A stretch of 64,000 nt of DNA from Thermoproteota archaeon (GTDB lineage: Archaea; Korarchaeota; Korarchaeia; Korarchaeales; JAOZGB01): NCBI GenBank assembly GCA_037917685.1, contig JAVCBU010000016.1, positions 1-64,000 of the forward strand, written 5' to 3'. Positions within the stretch are counted from its first letter, which is position 1; the number at the start of each line of letters is the position of its first letter. Positions 1 through 9,942 of the stretch are shown here, one piece after another. The notes below the pieces were generated by a model. That model saw only the letters and a program-made list of their open reading frames with translations. It made no database searches and was not told where the DNA came from. Both the position numbers and the translations under genes were made by a program.

Positions 1-137
1 CTCCTACTTCGGAGCCTCCTGAAACTACTCCTCCCCCGACGTCAACACTTCCTCCCTCCACGCCTCCTACAGAAACGCCAACACCTACTTCGCAGCCTCC
101 TACTTCGGAGCCTCCTGAAACTACTCCTCCCCCGACG
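1..137 (+). repeat. 41-bp exact direct repeat (1-41 and 97-137) encoding PTSEPPETTPPPT
   Basis: ctcctacttcggagcctcctgaaactactcctcccccgacg occurs twice. Confidence 0.9.
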
Positions 138-248
138 CAGAAGGTCCCAGGCGAAAATGTGATCATCGCAGTCGAAATAGCATTGGTAGGCGTGATAATG
201 GCTGCTTTAGTAACGATCCTGCTGAAGAGAAGACAAAAGAAAGCCTAA
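3..248 (+). CDS. 3' end of a Pro/Thr-rich cell-surface protein with a C-terminal anchor (partial, runs off the window start)
   Basis: Manual translation gives PTSEPPETTPPPT...QKVPGENVIIAVEIALVGVIMAALVTILLKRRQKKA*: low-complexity linker, VPG, TM helix, basic tail. Not in the ORF track. Confidence 0.85.
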   Translation, partial: PTSEPPETTPPPTSTLPPSTPPTETPTPTSQPPTSEPPETTPPPTQKVPGENVIIAVEIALVGVIMAALVTILLKRRQKKA

Positions 249-370
249 ACCATCTTTATCTTATAGAGTCCACGTGACGTCCTATCATACATTGGAAGAT
301 ACAAGTCTTAAGCGCGCAACGCCTCCAGAAGGTAAAATTTATATGTTTCATAGCCCCGTAGATTTTAACG

Positions 371-529
371 TTGAGTGTAACGCTGGAAATGATATTTGAC
401 GAGATAAAGAAGATCAACAAGAGGCTTGAAACAATAGAGTACCTATTAGTAGAGTGTGAAGAACCCAGGAGGATTGATTTGAAAGGGAACTTTAGAGAGC
501 TCAAGGAACTCATAAACAGGATGAAATGA
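371..529 (+). CDS. Small 52-aa coiled-coil protein, antitoxin-like
   Basis: TTG start; MSVTLEMIFDEIKKINKRLETIEYLLVECEEPRRIDLKGNFRELKELINRMK; TATA-like tttata about 30 nt upstream. Below the ORF-track size cutoff. Confidence 0.5.
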   Translation: MSVTLEMIFDEIKKINKRLETIEYLLVECEEPRRIDLKGNFRELKELINRMK

Positions 530-583
530 TCTACAAATCGTTGAGAAATGTTAGTTTTAATTCTTATCTTCGCCTACATAGGC

Positions 584-1778
584 CTATAAGTTTGTATGGA
601 CATCTACTAGGAATCTTGGTATATCACCTTTCTTGAGTACTGTTACATTCCTGGGGTATTTTCTATGAGGCTTTCCAGCCTTCACCTCAACTCTATGTTC
701 TCCAGCTATGCAGTCGATTTCGTAGGAGTTCCTATAATAGTATATTTCTCCGTACTTTCTGAATAAGTGTTCTTGGACTATCCCCTCATAGAGTGCGGCA
801 TCTAGATACTCGGTCAGTGTCCAATTGGAGGTTGTCCTCAGAATGAAGGGGTCCCTGAAGAATATCTTCTTCTCCTTCCTATAATACACCTTGTCGGACT
901 TATAATAGGCTGTCTTAACCAGCATACAGTCCTCCATAAACTCTAAATATTCCCTAACAGTTCTGTGTGAAACACCCACATCCACTGCTATTGAATGATA
1001 TGACAATGCGGAAGGTATCTTCCTTAGGAGAGAGTAAAGTATGCTCTTGAATATTTGGAGGCTTCTCCCATGCTTGTATACCTCGGATGTTATCCCAGCT
1101 ATTAGATCATCCATAGCCCTATCCTTGCCGTTGATTGAAGATGGGAATCCGCCTGCCACCAAGTATTTCTCCCAGAGATTAGCCAGCCTATCCTCATCAT
1201 AGAGGATTTGAGAGGGATTCTCCCCGTGGACCAGTATAAACTCGGGGAAGGAAAGCGGGAGAACCTTTACTGTTACGCCTCCTCCTCTCCTACCAGGGAA
1301 TCTCTCGGGTGACTTTAAGATTCCAATTGTTGAGGAACCTAGCACCGTAACCACGTCATGCTCCAGCATGCCCTGGTCGATAAAGAACTTCACGATTCTC
1401 CACCACCCATCAACAGATGTAACCTCATCCAGGAATATGTAGGAATTCTTAATCCTGTATTTGCTCTTCTTCTGCAGGTACCATGAGACGACATGTCTAA
1501 GCTCCCTGAGGGTTGAAATTACTTCAACATCAAAGTAGAAGATAGCCTGAGGGTCCACTCCGTCCTTGATAAGCCTTTTAATAAGAAGCTTAACCCCAGT
1601 AGTCTTACCCGTTTGCCTAACTCCATATAAAGTTCAAGCTGAAGGGTCTAGTGGAAACCATGTTGATCCACGCCGGAATCCACCGGATCCCAGCCTCCAA
1701 ATAGGATCTTAACTCTCTATCCCTCTCCTCCCAGTGTTCGAAAACCCACCACGGATTCTGCCTATAGGCAAATTCCAT
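584..1778 (-). pseudogene. AAA+ ATPase (AAA_14 + DUF4143 type), frameshifted just before Walker A
   Basis: ATG at 1778 gives MEFAYRQNPWW...FSLNFI. The frame then shifts near 1626 to GVRQTGKTT (Walker A), FLDEV (Walker B), GGFP and YEIDCI...VEVK (PD-(D/E)xK-like C-terminus). Confidence 0.8.
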
Positions 1779-1817
1779 ATTGATACTATAGTATCAATGA
1801 TTTAAATATATTTAAAT
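1779..1817. promoter_or_regulatory. Two adjacent perfect palindromes upstream of the AAA ATPase (operator plus TATA region)
   Basis: ATTGATACTATAGTATCAAT (1779-1798) and ATTTAAATATATTTAAAT (1800-1817). Confidence 0.6.
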
Positions 1818-2201
1818 AAAATATCAAAATGTTAGGAGGGCCTTCAAGCTCCCAGGTCAATTATCATGTTTAGCATAGCAGACCACCTATCCACCATCCC
1901 GAATCATGTTAGACCTACCATATGAGCCGGCTCCCCATAGTAGTGAAGTATGTTTTAGCCCAGTTAAACATACCATAGAAGATTTAAGACACTATATATG
2001 ACACTGTATATATTATTAATTCCTCCTAACCCCCAACTCATTATCCGGATCATGAAAGAACTTAACGGAGAAGAACTCTTAAATGTAAATTGAGGTAGCT
2101 CTCAGGTAGCTCTCCACTCTTATCTTTCGAAATTTATGAACAGATAGGAACATCTTATTTTAGTATGACTATATTGGTCAAACCCTTACGCCTTCTCTCT
2201 A

Positions 2202-2338
2202 CTAGACCCTTGCTTTCTTAGATGTTCCTATTATTTCTGAGAGGGGTGCTGGCATGTTCCCTGCTAATGCCTTGCCTGCTGCTATGGATATTATTCCGCA
2301 TGCCAGTAGTGCTATTATTTGGGCTATTTTTCGTTCAT
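2202..2338 (-). pseudogene. Remnant N-terminus of a secreted protein
   Basis: GAGGAG RBS, ATG, a 1-nt frameshift, then RKIAQIIALLACGIISIAAGKALAG (signal-peptide-like) and an early stop. Confidence 0.35.
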
Positions 2339-2472
2339 TGTATTGCTCCTCAAACTAGTATGTTGGTAGCTTGTTGGTTCAATAAGGTTTATGGAAACTG
2401 CTTGGAAACTGGTTGGGAACTAGTTTAAAACTTGGTTGAGAATGGCTGGCTGAGTATAGGGGTTTGATCTGA

Positions 2473-2904
2473 TTATTTTATTGTAGCTAGGACTATGTGG
2501 GATGTTACTCTTTCTACACCTTTCATTGACGAGATTTTTTTGAGTAGGTGCTAGGCTTCCTTGTTGTCTCTGCAGTTTGCTATTATGGTTAGCTCGTAGT
2601 CTCCTGTAACTAGGTTTACAGACTCGACTGAGTCTATCTTTGCTATTTCCTCCCCTACGGTTGCGGGGTCAAATCCTGTTTTGACCCTTACCAGGGCGCA
2701 TACTCCACTTTTGAAGCCTAGCTTATCCTTATCTACTAGTATGGTATATCCTTTTAACGCCCATTTTTCCATCTTTTTTATTCTTCTTTGGATGGTCATT
2801 ACACTCTTGTTTAATCTTCTAGCGATTTCTCTGAGAGATAGTCTAGCGTTTTTCTTTAGAATGTTGATTATCTCGAGGTCTGTGGAGTCTAGCAAGTTTT
2901 TCAT
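2473..2904 (-). pseudogene. Lrp/AsnC-family transcriptional regulator with one in-frame TAG (2551-2553)
   Basis: N-terminal HTH LDSTDLEIINILKKNARLSLREIA and VTGDYEL motif. Past the TAG the frame continues HLLKKISSMKGVERVTSHIVLATIK*, the normal Lrp C-terminus. Confidence 0.8.
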
Positions 2905-3015
2905 TTTGTGTATATTTTACGTGATTCTTTTAAATTCACATGTCATGCAGGTTTATTGTTTAAACCGATTTAAAATATGGTTGGAGATTTGATTTTTATG
3001 GGAAATAAAAAAGGA

Positions 3016-3951
3016 TTAGGGAGGTAGGAATTCTACGGGTACGCCTCCGAGGAGTATTGTGTGCCTCAGCATTATCCCTCCGAGGATTATTAGTGTTGCT
3101 GCCACTATTGGAAGAATGCACTGGGTTGATACTTTTAAGGGCTTTCCTGCTTCCTTATTTGCTGCCCTGATGTGGGCTATGAGCGCTAGGAGTGCTGATC
3201 CAACTATTACAAGGTCGAGGTATGCTGCGAATGATCTCTTCGCCCCACCGAACAGTAGTGTTTCGACGCCCGCTCTCGCCCCAACTGGCCCTAAACTCAT
3301 CAGGTAGAAGTATACTAGGAGTATGAAGAGCTCTGCGCCGACAATAATTGCTCCCCAATGTGAGAGTTGGTGACAGTAGTGTAGGAATCTCGGCCTCTCA
3401 TCGTCTGATGCCTTTAAACCATAGTAGACGTTTACTAAGAGTACCGTGGCTATTCCCGTCGCTATACCAGATGCTACGAATAATGCTGGTAGGGCTGGGC
3501 TGTTCCAGAATGGGACAGCTTTAACGGAGCCTATCAGTATACCAGTATACGTTGTTGTTAGGAAGCCGAATGCGGATGCCAGTAGGCCGAGAAGATCCAT
3601 CGCAGCCTCGCTCCTAGTCCATGGGAGCCATTTAAACCATTTCAGGTAGCCGGCTACGAAGAGAAGACTAAATAGGATGAAGCCGCTTAGGATTAAGGTT
3701 CCTCGGAGCACCCATGATGAGAAGTTGATGTTAGGGCTCAGCATCACCAAGTAAAACTTTTCAGGCTTCTCTAGATCTAGGATTAGGCATAGGACTCCAA
3801 GTATTACTGATGCAACTGCAATCATGGATCCTAGGCCGGCAAGTTCCTTCACCCTCCTCTTGTGATAGTAATATGCAATTATCATTGTTGATCCTCCAAG
3901 ACCGCCTAGGAACAGGTAAAAGGCTATAAGCCAACCCCATACATGTTCCAT
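3016..3951 (-). CDS. NrfD/PsrC-family membrane anchor subunit
   Basis: WGWLIAFYLFLGGLGG, LDLEKP, SSW, YTGILI, PFWNSP; about 8 TM helices. Confidence 0.92.
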   Translation of the reverse strand: MEHVWGWLIAFYLFLGGLGGSTMIIAYYYHKRRVKELAGLGSMIAVASVILGVLCLILDLEKPEKFYLVMLSPNINFSSWVLRGTLILSGFILFSLLFVAGYLKWFKWLPWTRSEAAMDLLGLLASAFGFLTTTYTGILIGSVKAVPFWNSPALPALFVASGIATGIATVLLVNVYYGLKASDDERPRFLHYCHQLSHWGAIIVGAELFILLVYFYLMSLGPVGARAGVETLLFGGAKRSFAAYLDLVIVGSALLALIAHIRAANKEAGKPLKVSTQCILPIVAATLIILGGIMLRHTILLGGVPVEFLPP

Positions 3952-3964
3952 AATCTTTCACCTC

Positions 3965-4537
3965 CTATTTCAGCTTAACCTTGGGTATATACAGGACTTT
4001 CGGCTTCGTGCCTAGGTCTGGCCTCAGGGGCTTAGCCAAACCTGACGTTGCTATCTTTCCGGCCTCGGTTTCAGGATTGTCAAGGTCACCGAATATTCTT
4101 GCTCCTCCTGGACATGTTGCGGCGCACGCTGGAAGTTCTCCCTTTAAGACTCTATTTTCGAAGCAAAACGTGCACTTGTCGATTGATTTCTTTCGTTCAT
4201 CGACGTATCTGGCATCGTAGGGGCATGCTATTATGCAGTATTTGCATCCTATGCAGAGTTCATACTTCACAAGGACAACGCCTTGGTCATTCTTGTAGCT
4301 TGCCCCAGTTGGGCATACGGACACGCAGGGTGGGTTTTCACAGTGCATGCATAGCCTCGGGACATAGAGAACGGTGATGTTTGGGTAGCTTCCAAAGTCA
4401 AATCTTGGTACGTGTGTTCTCCTCTTACCCTCCTCCCATGGGGTTTCGTTTTCCATGTCGCATGCGGCGATGCATGCGCCACAACCAATACAAGATCTAA
4501 GGTCGATAATCATACCATATCTTGCCATCACCACCAC
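3965..4537 (-). CDS. 4x[4Fe-4S] electron-transfer subunit (PsrB/DmsB/NrfC type)
   Basis: CIGCGACIAAC, CMHCENPPCVSVCP, CIGCKYCIIACP, KCTFC...PACAATCP. Confidence 0.95.
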   Translation of the reverse strand: MVVMARYGMIIDLRSCIGCGACIAACDMENETPWEEGKRRTHVPRFDFGSYPNITVLYVPRLCMHCENPPCVSVCPTGASYKNDQGVVLVKYELCIGCKYCIIACPYDARYVDERKKSIDKCTFCFENRVLKGELPACAATCPGGARIFGDLDNPETEAGKIATSGLAKPLRPDLGTKPKVLYIPKVKLK

Positions 4538-4540
4538 CTC

Positions 4541-7036
4541 CTATGCTTTTTCAACCTTTACAAGCACCTCCTGCGTCATAGCATTTGGAAGCATGTCATC
4601 GCATTGCAGAGGCCAAAGCTTGTTTAGTGCTAGGCCTCCGATTTCTTTAGCTACCGTGAGCTTCTCACTCTCGGCTCCCCATGCCGATACTATGAAAACT
4701 GTGTCAGGCCTTATCGCATCTGTGACATAGGCCTTTGTCACGCCTCCTCTCCCGGTCTGGAGGCTTGTCACCCTTACAAGGTCTCCATTAGATATTCCCA
4801 GTTCCTTAGCCTTCATACTGTTTATCCAGAGTCCAAAGTGTTCCGGCCTTCCCACCGTGTATAGCAGCTTGTTGTCCGTTGTCTGCGTATGCGTGGTAAT
4901 GGGTGATCTTCCGTAGGTCAGGTAGAAAACGTTTGACTCTGAAATCTTACCGTATACCTTTGGCGGCACCCATTCTGGAAGCGGCTCCCACTTCGGGTTT
5001 GGCCCCTTCATAGACTTTATCCCATTCATCTTCAAGCTGAATATTTCCACCTTACCCGTCATTGTTCCAAGTGGCTTCTGGTAGGGCATCGTACCTATAA
5101 GCTGGTCCCTTGTTTTCAGGATTTTCACACCTTTTGTAAGCATCTCATCCAAGTCTAGACCTTTCGCCTCGATCTGTGCCTTCCTTATTCCAGCTATGCC
5201 CTCTCTCTCAATATACGACTTAAGCTTCTCCTTGTCTGGTAGCCCGAGCACGGATGCGAGTACTTCAACGAACTTGTCAAACTTTCCAATCCTCTTAACG
5301 ATCTCTATAATTAATTCTATCATAGGCCTGCCATAGAGCGGGTCGACAGCTTTAACCCCGGTTGCAACCGCCGCCTCAGGGACGTATCCGACGCCGAACA
5401 GTATGTCATCCCTTTCAGGATAGGTTGTGTCGGGTAGGATAACATCTGCGTAAGCTACCGTGTCGTTTGGAAGGATATCTATCACTATCACATCTTCCAG
5501 CATGCTAAATACTTCCTTCCATTTCTCATCGTCGCTGAGCGTTCTAATCCAGTTAGCCCCGAGAAGTATGAACGCTTTGATTTTACCCTCCTTGACAGCA
5601 TCGTAGAAAGCTATATAGTTCGCTTGAGCCGTCGCTACGGGAATACCCTTCTCCATGGCCCATTGGACGTCAACCCTAACATCTGGTAGCGGGCTTGACT
5701 TGAAATTCCTGCCGGCATTGTTCAGTATTAGTCCTCCGGGTCTGTCTATGCTTCCTACGAGTGCGTTGAGTATTGCAACCATTCTCCATGTTTGAACACT
5801 ATTTTCATATTTGGGATCATGCCAGCCAGGGTCTATGACCGCGGGCCTGGTTGTGCCAAACTCTTCAGCTATCCTTCTTATGGTCTCGGCTGGAACGTCG
5901 CATATTTCAGCCGCCCACTCTGGACTATAGGATTCCAATTTCTCCTTCAGCATTTGGAGTGCAGGTTTGGCTCTCACCGTCTGACCGTCCACTTCAACCT
6001 CGTACTCGCCGAACAAGGCTGGATCGTATGCTTCATCATGGCTTTTCGCCTCGCCTGCTGCAAGGTCATAGACAAGGTATTTCTTCTTACCGTCATCTCC
6101 ATCCCACAGCTTGACGGGAGCCCCCGTATCAGCGTCTAACAGCATAGGAGCATTGCTGTACTTCTTCAAGAACTCCTCGTCTATTAGCTTCTCTTCAAGT
6201 ATTACGTTTCCCATGGCTAATAGGAACGCTAGGTCTGTGCCTGGTCTAAGTGGAACCCACTCATCAGCTATAGCAGCGCTTTCTGAGAGCCTCGGATCTA
6301 AGACGACTACCTTAGCCCCTTTCTTCCTAGATCTTGCAAATGTCCCTGCATAGGGTACACCGATGCTTCCCGCCAGGTTTCTCCTGAGAAGTATTATGTA
6401 ACGGCTGTTTTCATGGTCAGCTCTGATATGGGGATGTGCTCCACATCCTATGGTCACGGACCACGCGAAGGCCTTGGGGAAGAAGCACTGTGACGGTGGG
6501 CTTCCAAGGGAATGGGGTGTTCCAATAGTCTTCGCGAATACATTCATTATAGGCTTGTAGACTCCACATGGAAGCCACCCTCCACCTATTACTATCGCAC
6601 TAGCATTGCCGGCGTTAATATAGCTTTCCAGCCTTTCAGCGATGTAGTCTAGGGCTGTGTCCCAGTCTACGGCTTCAAATCCCTCCCATGTTCCCCTTTT
6701 ACTCTTATCCCTTCTCAGAAGAGGCTGCTTAAGCCTGTTCGGATTATACACCCTATACACTCCTGATTGTCCCCTTGCACATATGTTCCCCCAGTTCGCC
6801 GGGTGTTCAGGGTTGCCATCTATCTTATGTACTTTCCCGTCTTTCACCTTGATTAGGATTCCACAGCTGTTAACGCACATTCTGCATATCGATGGCACAG
6901 TGTACTCTCCCAGCTTTGGCTTAGCCCTTGCAGGCGTAAGTATTCTTATGGCTGCCTCTCCGGTTTTTGGAAGAGAAGCTACAACGCCTGTAAGGATCGA
7001 CGCCTTGATAAAGTCTCTCCTGCTGACGTTTACCAT
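4541..7036 (-). CDS. Tat-exported Mo/W-bisPGD oxidoreductase catalytic subunit, polysulfide/thiosulfate reductase-like
   Basis: Tat signal SRRDFIK; CRMCVNSC...C FS0 motif; probable Cys ligand in PPSQCFFP; PGTD and ADVILP motifs. Substrate not determinable. Confidence 0.88.
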   Translation of the reverse strand: MVNVSRRDFIKASILTGVVASLPKTGEAAIRILTPARAKPKLGEYTVPSICRMCVNSCGILIKVKDGKVHKIDGNPEHPANWGNICARGQSGVYRVYNPNRLKQPLLRRDKSKRGTWEGFEAVDWDTALDYIAERLESYINAGNASAIVIGGGWLPCGVYKPIMNVFAKTIGTPHSLGSPPSQCFFPKAFAWSVTIGCGAHPHIRADHENSRYIILLRRNLAGSIGVPYAGTFARSRKKGAKVVVLDPRLSESAAIADEWVPLRPGTDLAFLLAMGNVILEEKLIDEEFLKKYSNAPMLLDADTGAPVKLWDGDDGKKKYLVYDLAAGEAKSHDEAYDPALFGEYEVEVDGQTVRAKPALQMLKEKLESYSPEWAAEICDVPAETIRRIAEEFGTTRPAVIDPGWHDPKYENSVQTWRMVAILNALVGSIDRPGGLILNNAGRNFKSSPLPDVRVDVQWAMEKGIPVATAQANYIAFYDAVKEGKIKAFILLGANWIRTLSDDEKWKEVFSMLEDVIVIDILPNDTVAYADVILPDTTYPERDDILFGVGYVPEAAVATGVKAVDPLYGRPMIELIIEIVKRIGKFDKFVEVLASVLGLPDKEKLKSYIEREGIAGIRKAQIEAKGLDLDEMLTKGVKILKTRDQLIGTMPYQKPLGTMTGKVEIFSLKMNGIKSMKGPNPKWEPLPEWVPPKVYGKISESNVFYLTYGRSPITTHTQTTDNKLLYTVGRPEHFGLWINSMKAKELGISNGDLVRVTSLQTGRGGVTKAYVTDAIRPDTVFIVSAWGAESEKLTVAKEIGGLALNKLWPLQCDDMLPNAMTQEVLVKVEKA

Positions 7037-7118
7037 TTTATATCAGGACATATCAAACAATCGATAAATATATAATTTTCGCTTAAAAATGTATAACATC
7101 GTTATTTTATTTTTATAA

Positions 7119-7136
7119 TTAAGATATACATCTTAA
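7119..7136. promoter_or_regulatory. Inverted repeat in the divergent promoter of the molybdoenzyme operon
   Basis: TTAAGAT-atac-ATCTTAA. Confidence 0.35.
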
Positions 7137-7183
7137 ACCACTCTTGATGTCTTATCAATTTAAGATTTTACCAGTGAATTTAC

Positions 7184-8677
7184 ATGGTTAGAGAATTCTT
7201 GCGTGTTCCACACCTGGTGGTCTGCAACTGCGATAGAGGGCTATATTTCAAGGCTGAGTCTCTAGAAAGAGTTAAAGAAAGACTTAGAAGAGAGGGGTAC
7301 AAGGTCCACGAGTACAGGGGGCTTTGTCATTCTCTAAAGTTATTTAAAGAGCTTAGAAGGGAATGTGGCAGGATTGTTATAGGTGCATGTTACGAGTATA
7401 TGTATGTCCTACTTCAAATGGCTGTAGATGCAGGGTTTAAGCCGTTTAATGTGCGTATTACACCAATATACGACTTTGCTCTGGCATACGGAGACCATGT
7501 CAAAGCATTAACCATGCTTCTCGAATACTACGACGGTCTATCAGCTGGCCCTAAGCCCCCAGAGTCAAGCGTAAAGCTCAATCTACCCCTTATAGGTAGG
7601 AAGATGTCCAGGAGGCAGCTTCTAACATCAATCCTAAAGCCATCTGAAACCTCGATTCCCTGGGTACTAGATAGTTGCAATGGGTGTGGGATATGCATTG
7701 ACATATGCGGCGAAAATGCAATATCAACAGGAGAGAATGGGGCAATAATAGACGATCTCAAGTGCTTGGCATGCGAATGCTGTGTCGGATCCTGCCCGTC
7801 AGGCTCTATAGCCTCTGTACAAGCCAGCCCGGCAGTTGTTCATGCGAGGCTCAGGAGAGTCGCCCTTTCAGGCTACAGGTCAGTCTTATTTTACTGTCCA
7901 AAGACGAGGAGCGAAGTTTTAACATGGTGGAAGCAACAGCCGCCCGGTGTAGAGAGCCTTTACCCATTTGAGCTTCCCTGTCTGACATCTTTAAACCCGC
8001 AAGTAATGATGTCCATGGTATACTCCGGGTTTAAGAACCTTTACGTTGTTAAGTGTGTAGATAACTGTTACAAAGCAGCAGTTAACCTTATCAGAGGCTA
8101 TGTGAGTGACACGTCTAAAGTAGCTAGATGGGACCATAGAAACATTTCCATTGTGTATGGTAGTATTCAGAATGTTAAACCCGCTCCTCCCGGCCGGCTG
8201 GAAGAGTTTGAGGCTTTATTCAAGCCGTTAAACGAAATATTTACCTCGAACGTTGAAAATTCCGGAATAATACTCTTTGAAGCCACCCCCGTAGGATTCC
8301 TTGAAATCTCCGATAACTGCACGGCCTGTGGTGTGTGTGCTGACGCATGCCCCACAGGCTCTCTCATGGTGGAGGAGGGCGGATCCTATAGGGTCGTCTT
8401 TAAACATGATACGTGTATTGCCTGCGGCAAGTGCGTGCAAGCCTGCCCTGAAGGATCAATTAGGATGGTAAGGGGGTTAAATACCAGGCTGCTCGGCAAG
8501 AACATAGTTCTCTTTGAGATCGGGAAAGCTAAGTGTAGGAGATGTGGGAAAGCTTTAGGACCAGCTACCATGCTGGAGAAGGTCTCAGCTAAGCTTAAGG
8601 AGTCCGGGTTTGAGGATAGCTATGTTTACCTCTGCACCGAGTGTAGAGCTAAAGCCCTGCTTGACCTTGCCGAGTGA
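7184..8677 (+). CDS. Polyferredoxin (four CxxCxxCxxxC motifs plus a C-terminal CxxC...CxxC)
   Basis: CNGCGICIDIC, CLACECCVGSCP, CTACGVCADACP, CIACGKCVQACP; internal MSRRQLL. Confidence 0.85.
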   Translation: MVREFLRVPHLVVCNCDRGLYFKAESLERVKERLRREGYKVHEYRGLCHSLKLFKELRRECGRIVIGACYEYMYVLLQMAVDAGFKPFNVRITPIYDFALAYGDHVKALTMLLEYYDGLSAGPKPPESSVKLNLPLIGRKMSRRQLLTSILKPSETSIPWVLDSCNGCGICIDICGENAISTGENGAIIDDLKCLACECCVGSCPSGSIASVQASPAVVHARLRRVALSGYRSVLFYCPKTRSEVLTWWKQQPPGVESLYPFELPCLTSLNPQVMMSMVYSGFKNLYVVKCVDNCYKAAVNLIRGYVSDTSKVARWDHRNISIVYGSIQNVKPAPPGRLEEFEALFKPLNEIFTSNVENSGIILFEATPVGFLEISDNCTACGVCADACPTGSLMVEEGGSYRVVFKHDTCIACGKCVQACPEGSIRMVRGLNTRLLGKNIVLFEIGKAKCRRCGKALGPATMLEKVSAKLKESGFEDSYVYLCTECRAKALLDLAE

Positions 8678-8711
8678 AAAATATTAAAGTATTTTGGAAG
8701 CGTAGAATTCT

Positions 8712-9380
8712 GTGAAATTAAGGGAAACACTGAAATATAGAGCTACGATATACAAGTTCTTATCAATAGCTCTAAGCTATATGGATGATAAACTCTTCAG
8801 AGAGTTGAAAGCTATGCTTGACAAGGTTTCAGAGGCATATCTTAATCTAAATATTCCGGAAAGTGAGATAATAGACCGGTTTAAAGCTGACATCTTAAAT
8901 GACGAGAAAACCGTTCTGAGGCGTCTCAGACAGGAGTACACTAGGCTCTTCATAACATCTATTCCTTTGCCATGCCCCCCGTATGAGAGCGCAATTCTAG
9001 AGGGGAGACTGGCTGGAGAGTCGACGACAGACATCCTCAAATATTATCAGAAGCTTAATGTCGAGGTATCTGATGAGTTTAGAGATATGCCTGATCATAT
9101 AGCTGCTGAGCTAGAGTTTCTATACTACACCACCCTACTTATCCTAGAACACTTAAGAAATGGTAGAGTGAGGGATGCAGCTCAAATATGTGAGATTCAA
9201 TCTTCGTTTCTTGAGAATCACGTGTTCCGCTGGGTTGACAAACTTTCAGACTGCATGGTTAAAAACTCCAAGGTGAACTTTTACGAGGGAATAGCGAGGC
9301 TTGTCAGCAATTTTATGGAGTGGGAGAGAATGTTTGTCAAAAAATTGAAGGCAGAGTTAGACTTTAATATGCTGGAATAA
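8712..9380 (+). CDS. TorD/DmsD-family molybdoenzyme maturation chaperone
   Basis: EYTRLF, PPYES, MPDHIAAELEF, FLENHVFRW. Confidence 0.92.
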   Translation: MKLRETLKYRATIYKFLSIALSYMDDKLFRELKAMLDKVSEAYLNLNIPESEIIDRFKADILNDEKTVLRRLRQEYTRLFITSIPLPCPPYESAILEGRLAGESTTDILKYYQKLNVEVSDEFRDMPDHIAAELEFLYYTTLLILEHLRNGRVRDAAQICEIQSSFLENHVFRWVDKLSDCMVKNSKVNFYEGIARLVSNFMEWERMFVKKLKAELDFNMLE

Positions 9381-9729
9381 GTGTTTCAAAATTCTTTATT
9401 GCTTCGATAACTTTCTTATCTGCAAGACAGTAGACCGTAAGTCTTTTCACCCTCTTACCCTTGATGAGACCTGCAAGTTCGAGTATCCGTAGGTGATAGG
9501 ATATGGTTGGCTGAGAAATCTTAAGTGCAACCTCGAGTTCGCAGACAGCGAGGTCCATATGGCTGAGCAGCTTTAAGATTTTAAGGCGGATAGGATCTGA
9601 GAGCGCCTTATAGATCCTAGACTCCCTCTTAAGCTGTTCAACAGGGTACATTGATGCTAACTCGTTGATTTCCGATACAAACTCGTTGTCGTCAGCCCGA
9701 CAGGTTCTCTCCTCATCAGACATTTGCAT
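9364..9729 (-). CDS. ArsR/SmtB-family regulator
   Basis: YKALSDPIRLKIL, LAVCEL, SQPTISYHLRIL. Confidence 0.92.
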   Translation of the reverse strand: MQMSDEERTCRADDNEFVSEINELASMYPVEQLKRESRIYKALSDPIRLKILKLLSHMDLAVCELEVALKISQPTISYHLRILELAGLIKGKRVKRLTVYCLADKKVIEAIKNFETLIPAY

Positions 9730-9942
9730 TCAGAATATTAATGATTGAAATATTTATAAGATTTATGAGGGGATAAGCAGTGTTAAACAACCCTATTTAT
9801 ATTGAGTAATATGATAGCTAATTTTCTAACTGAAAAACTACATAATTTATACCATCATGACATGGTTTAACCCGAGCTCTATATGCGTTGTTCCAGAAAC
9901 ATTGGGGCAATATTTAAAGTATGCTGATATGGATGGGTAGAA

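Noticed and set aside
256-513. 85-aa minus-strand ORF
   Set aside because: Antisense shadow of the more protein-like plus-strand ORF 371-529.
2144-2231. 12-bp inverted repeat ATAGGAACATCT / AGATGTTCCTAT as a MITE or invertible element
   Set aside because: No target-site duplication and no recombinase; inversion would not restore an ORF; a match of this length is near chance expectation.
2222-2428. 68-aa hydrophobic plus-strand ORF
   Set aside because: No family features; the opposite strand has an RBS and a signal-peptide remnant.
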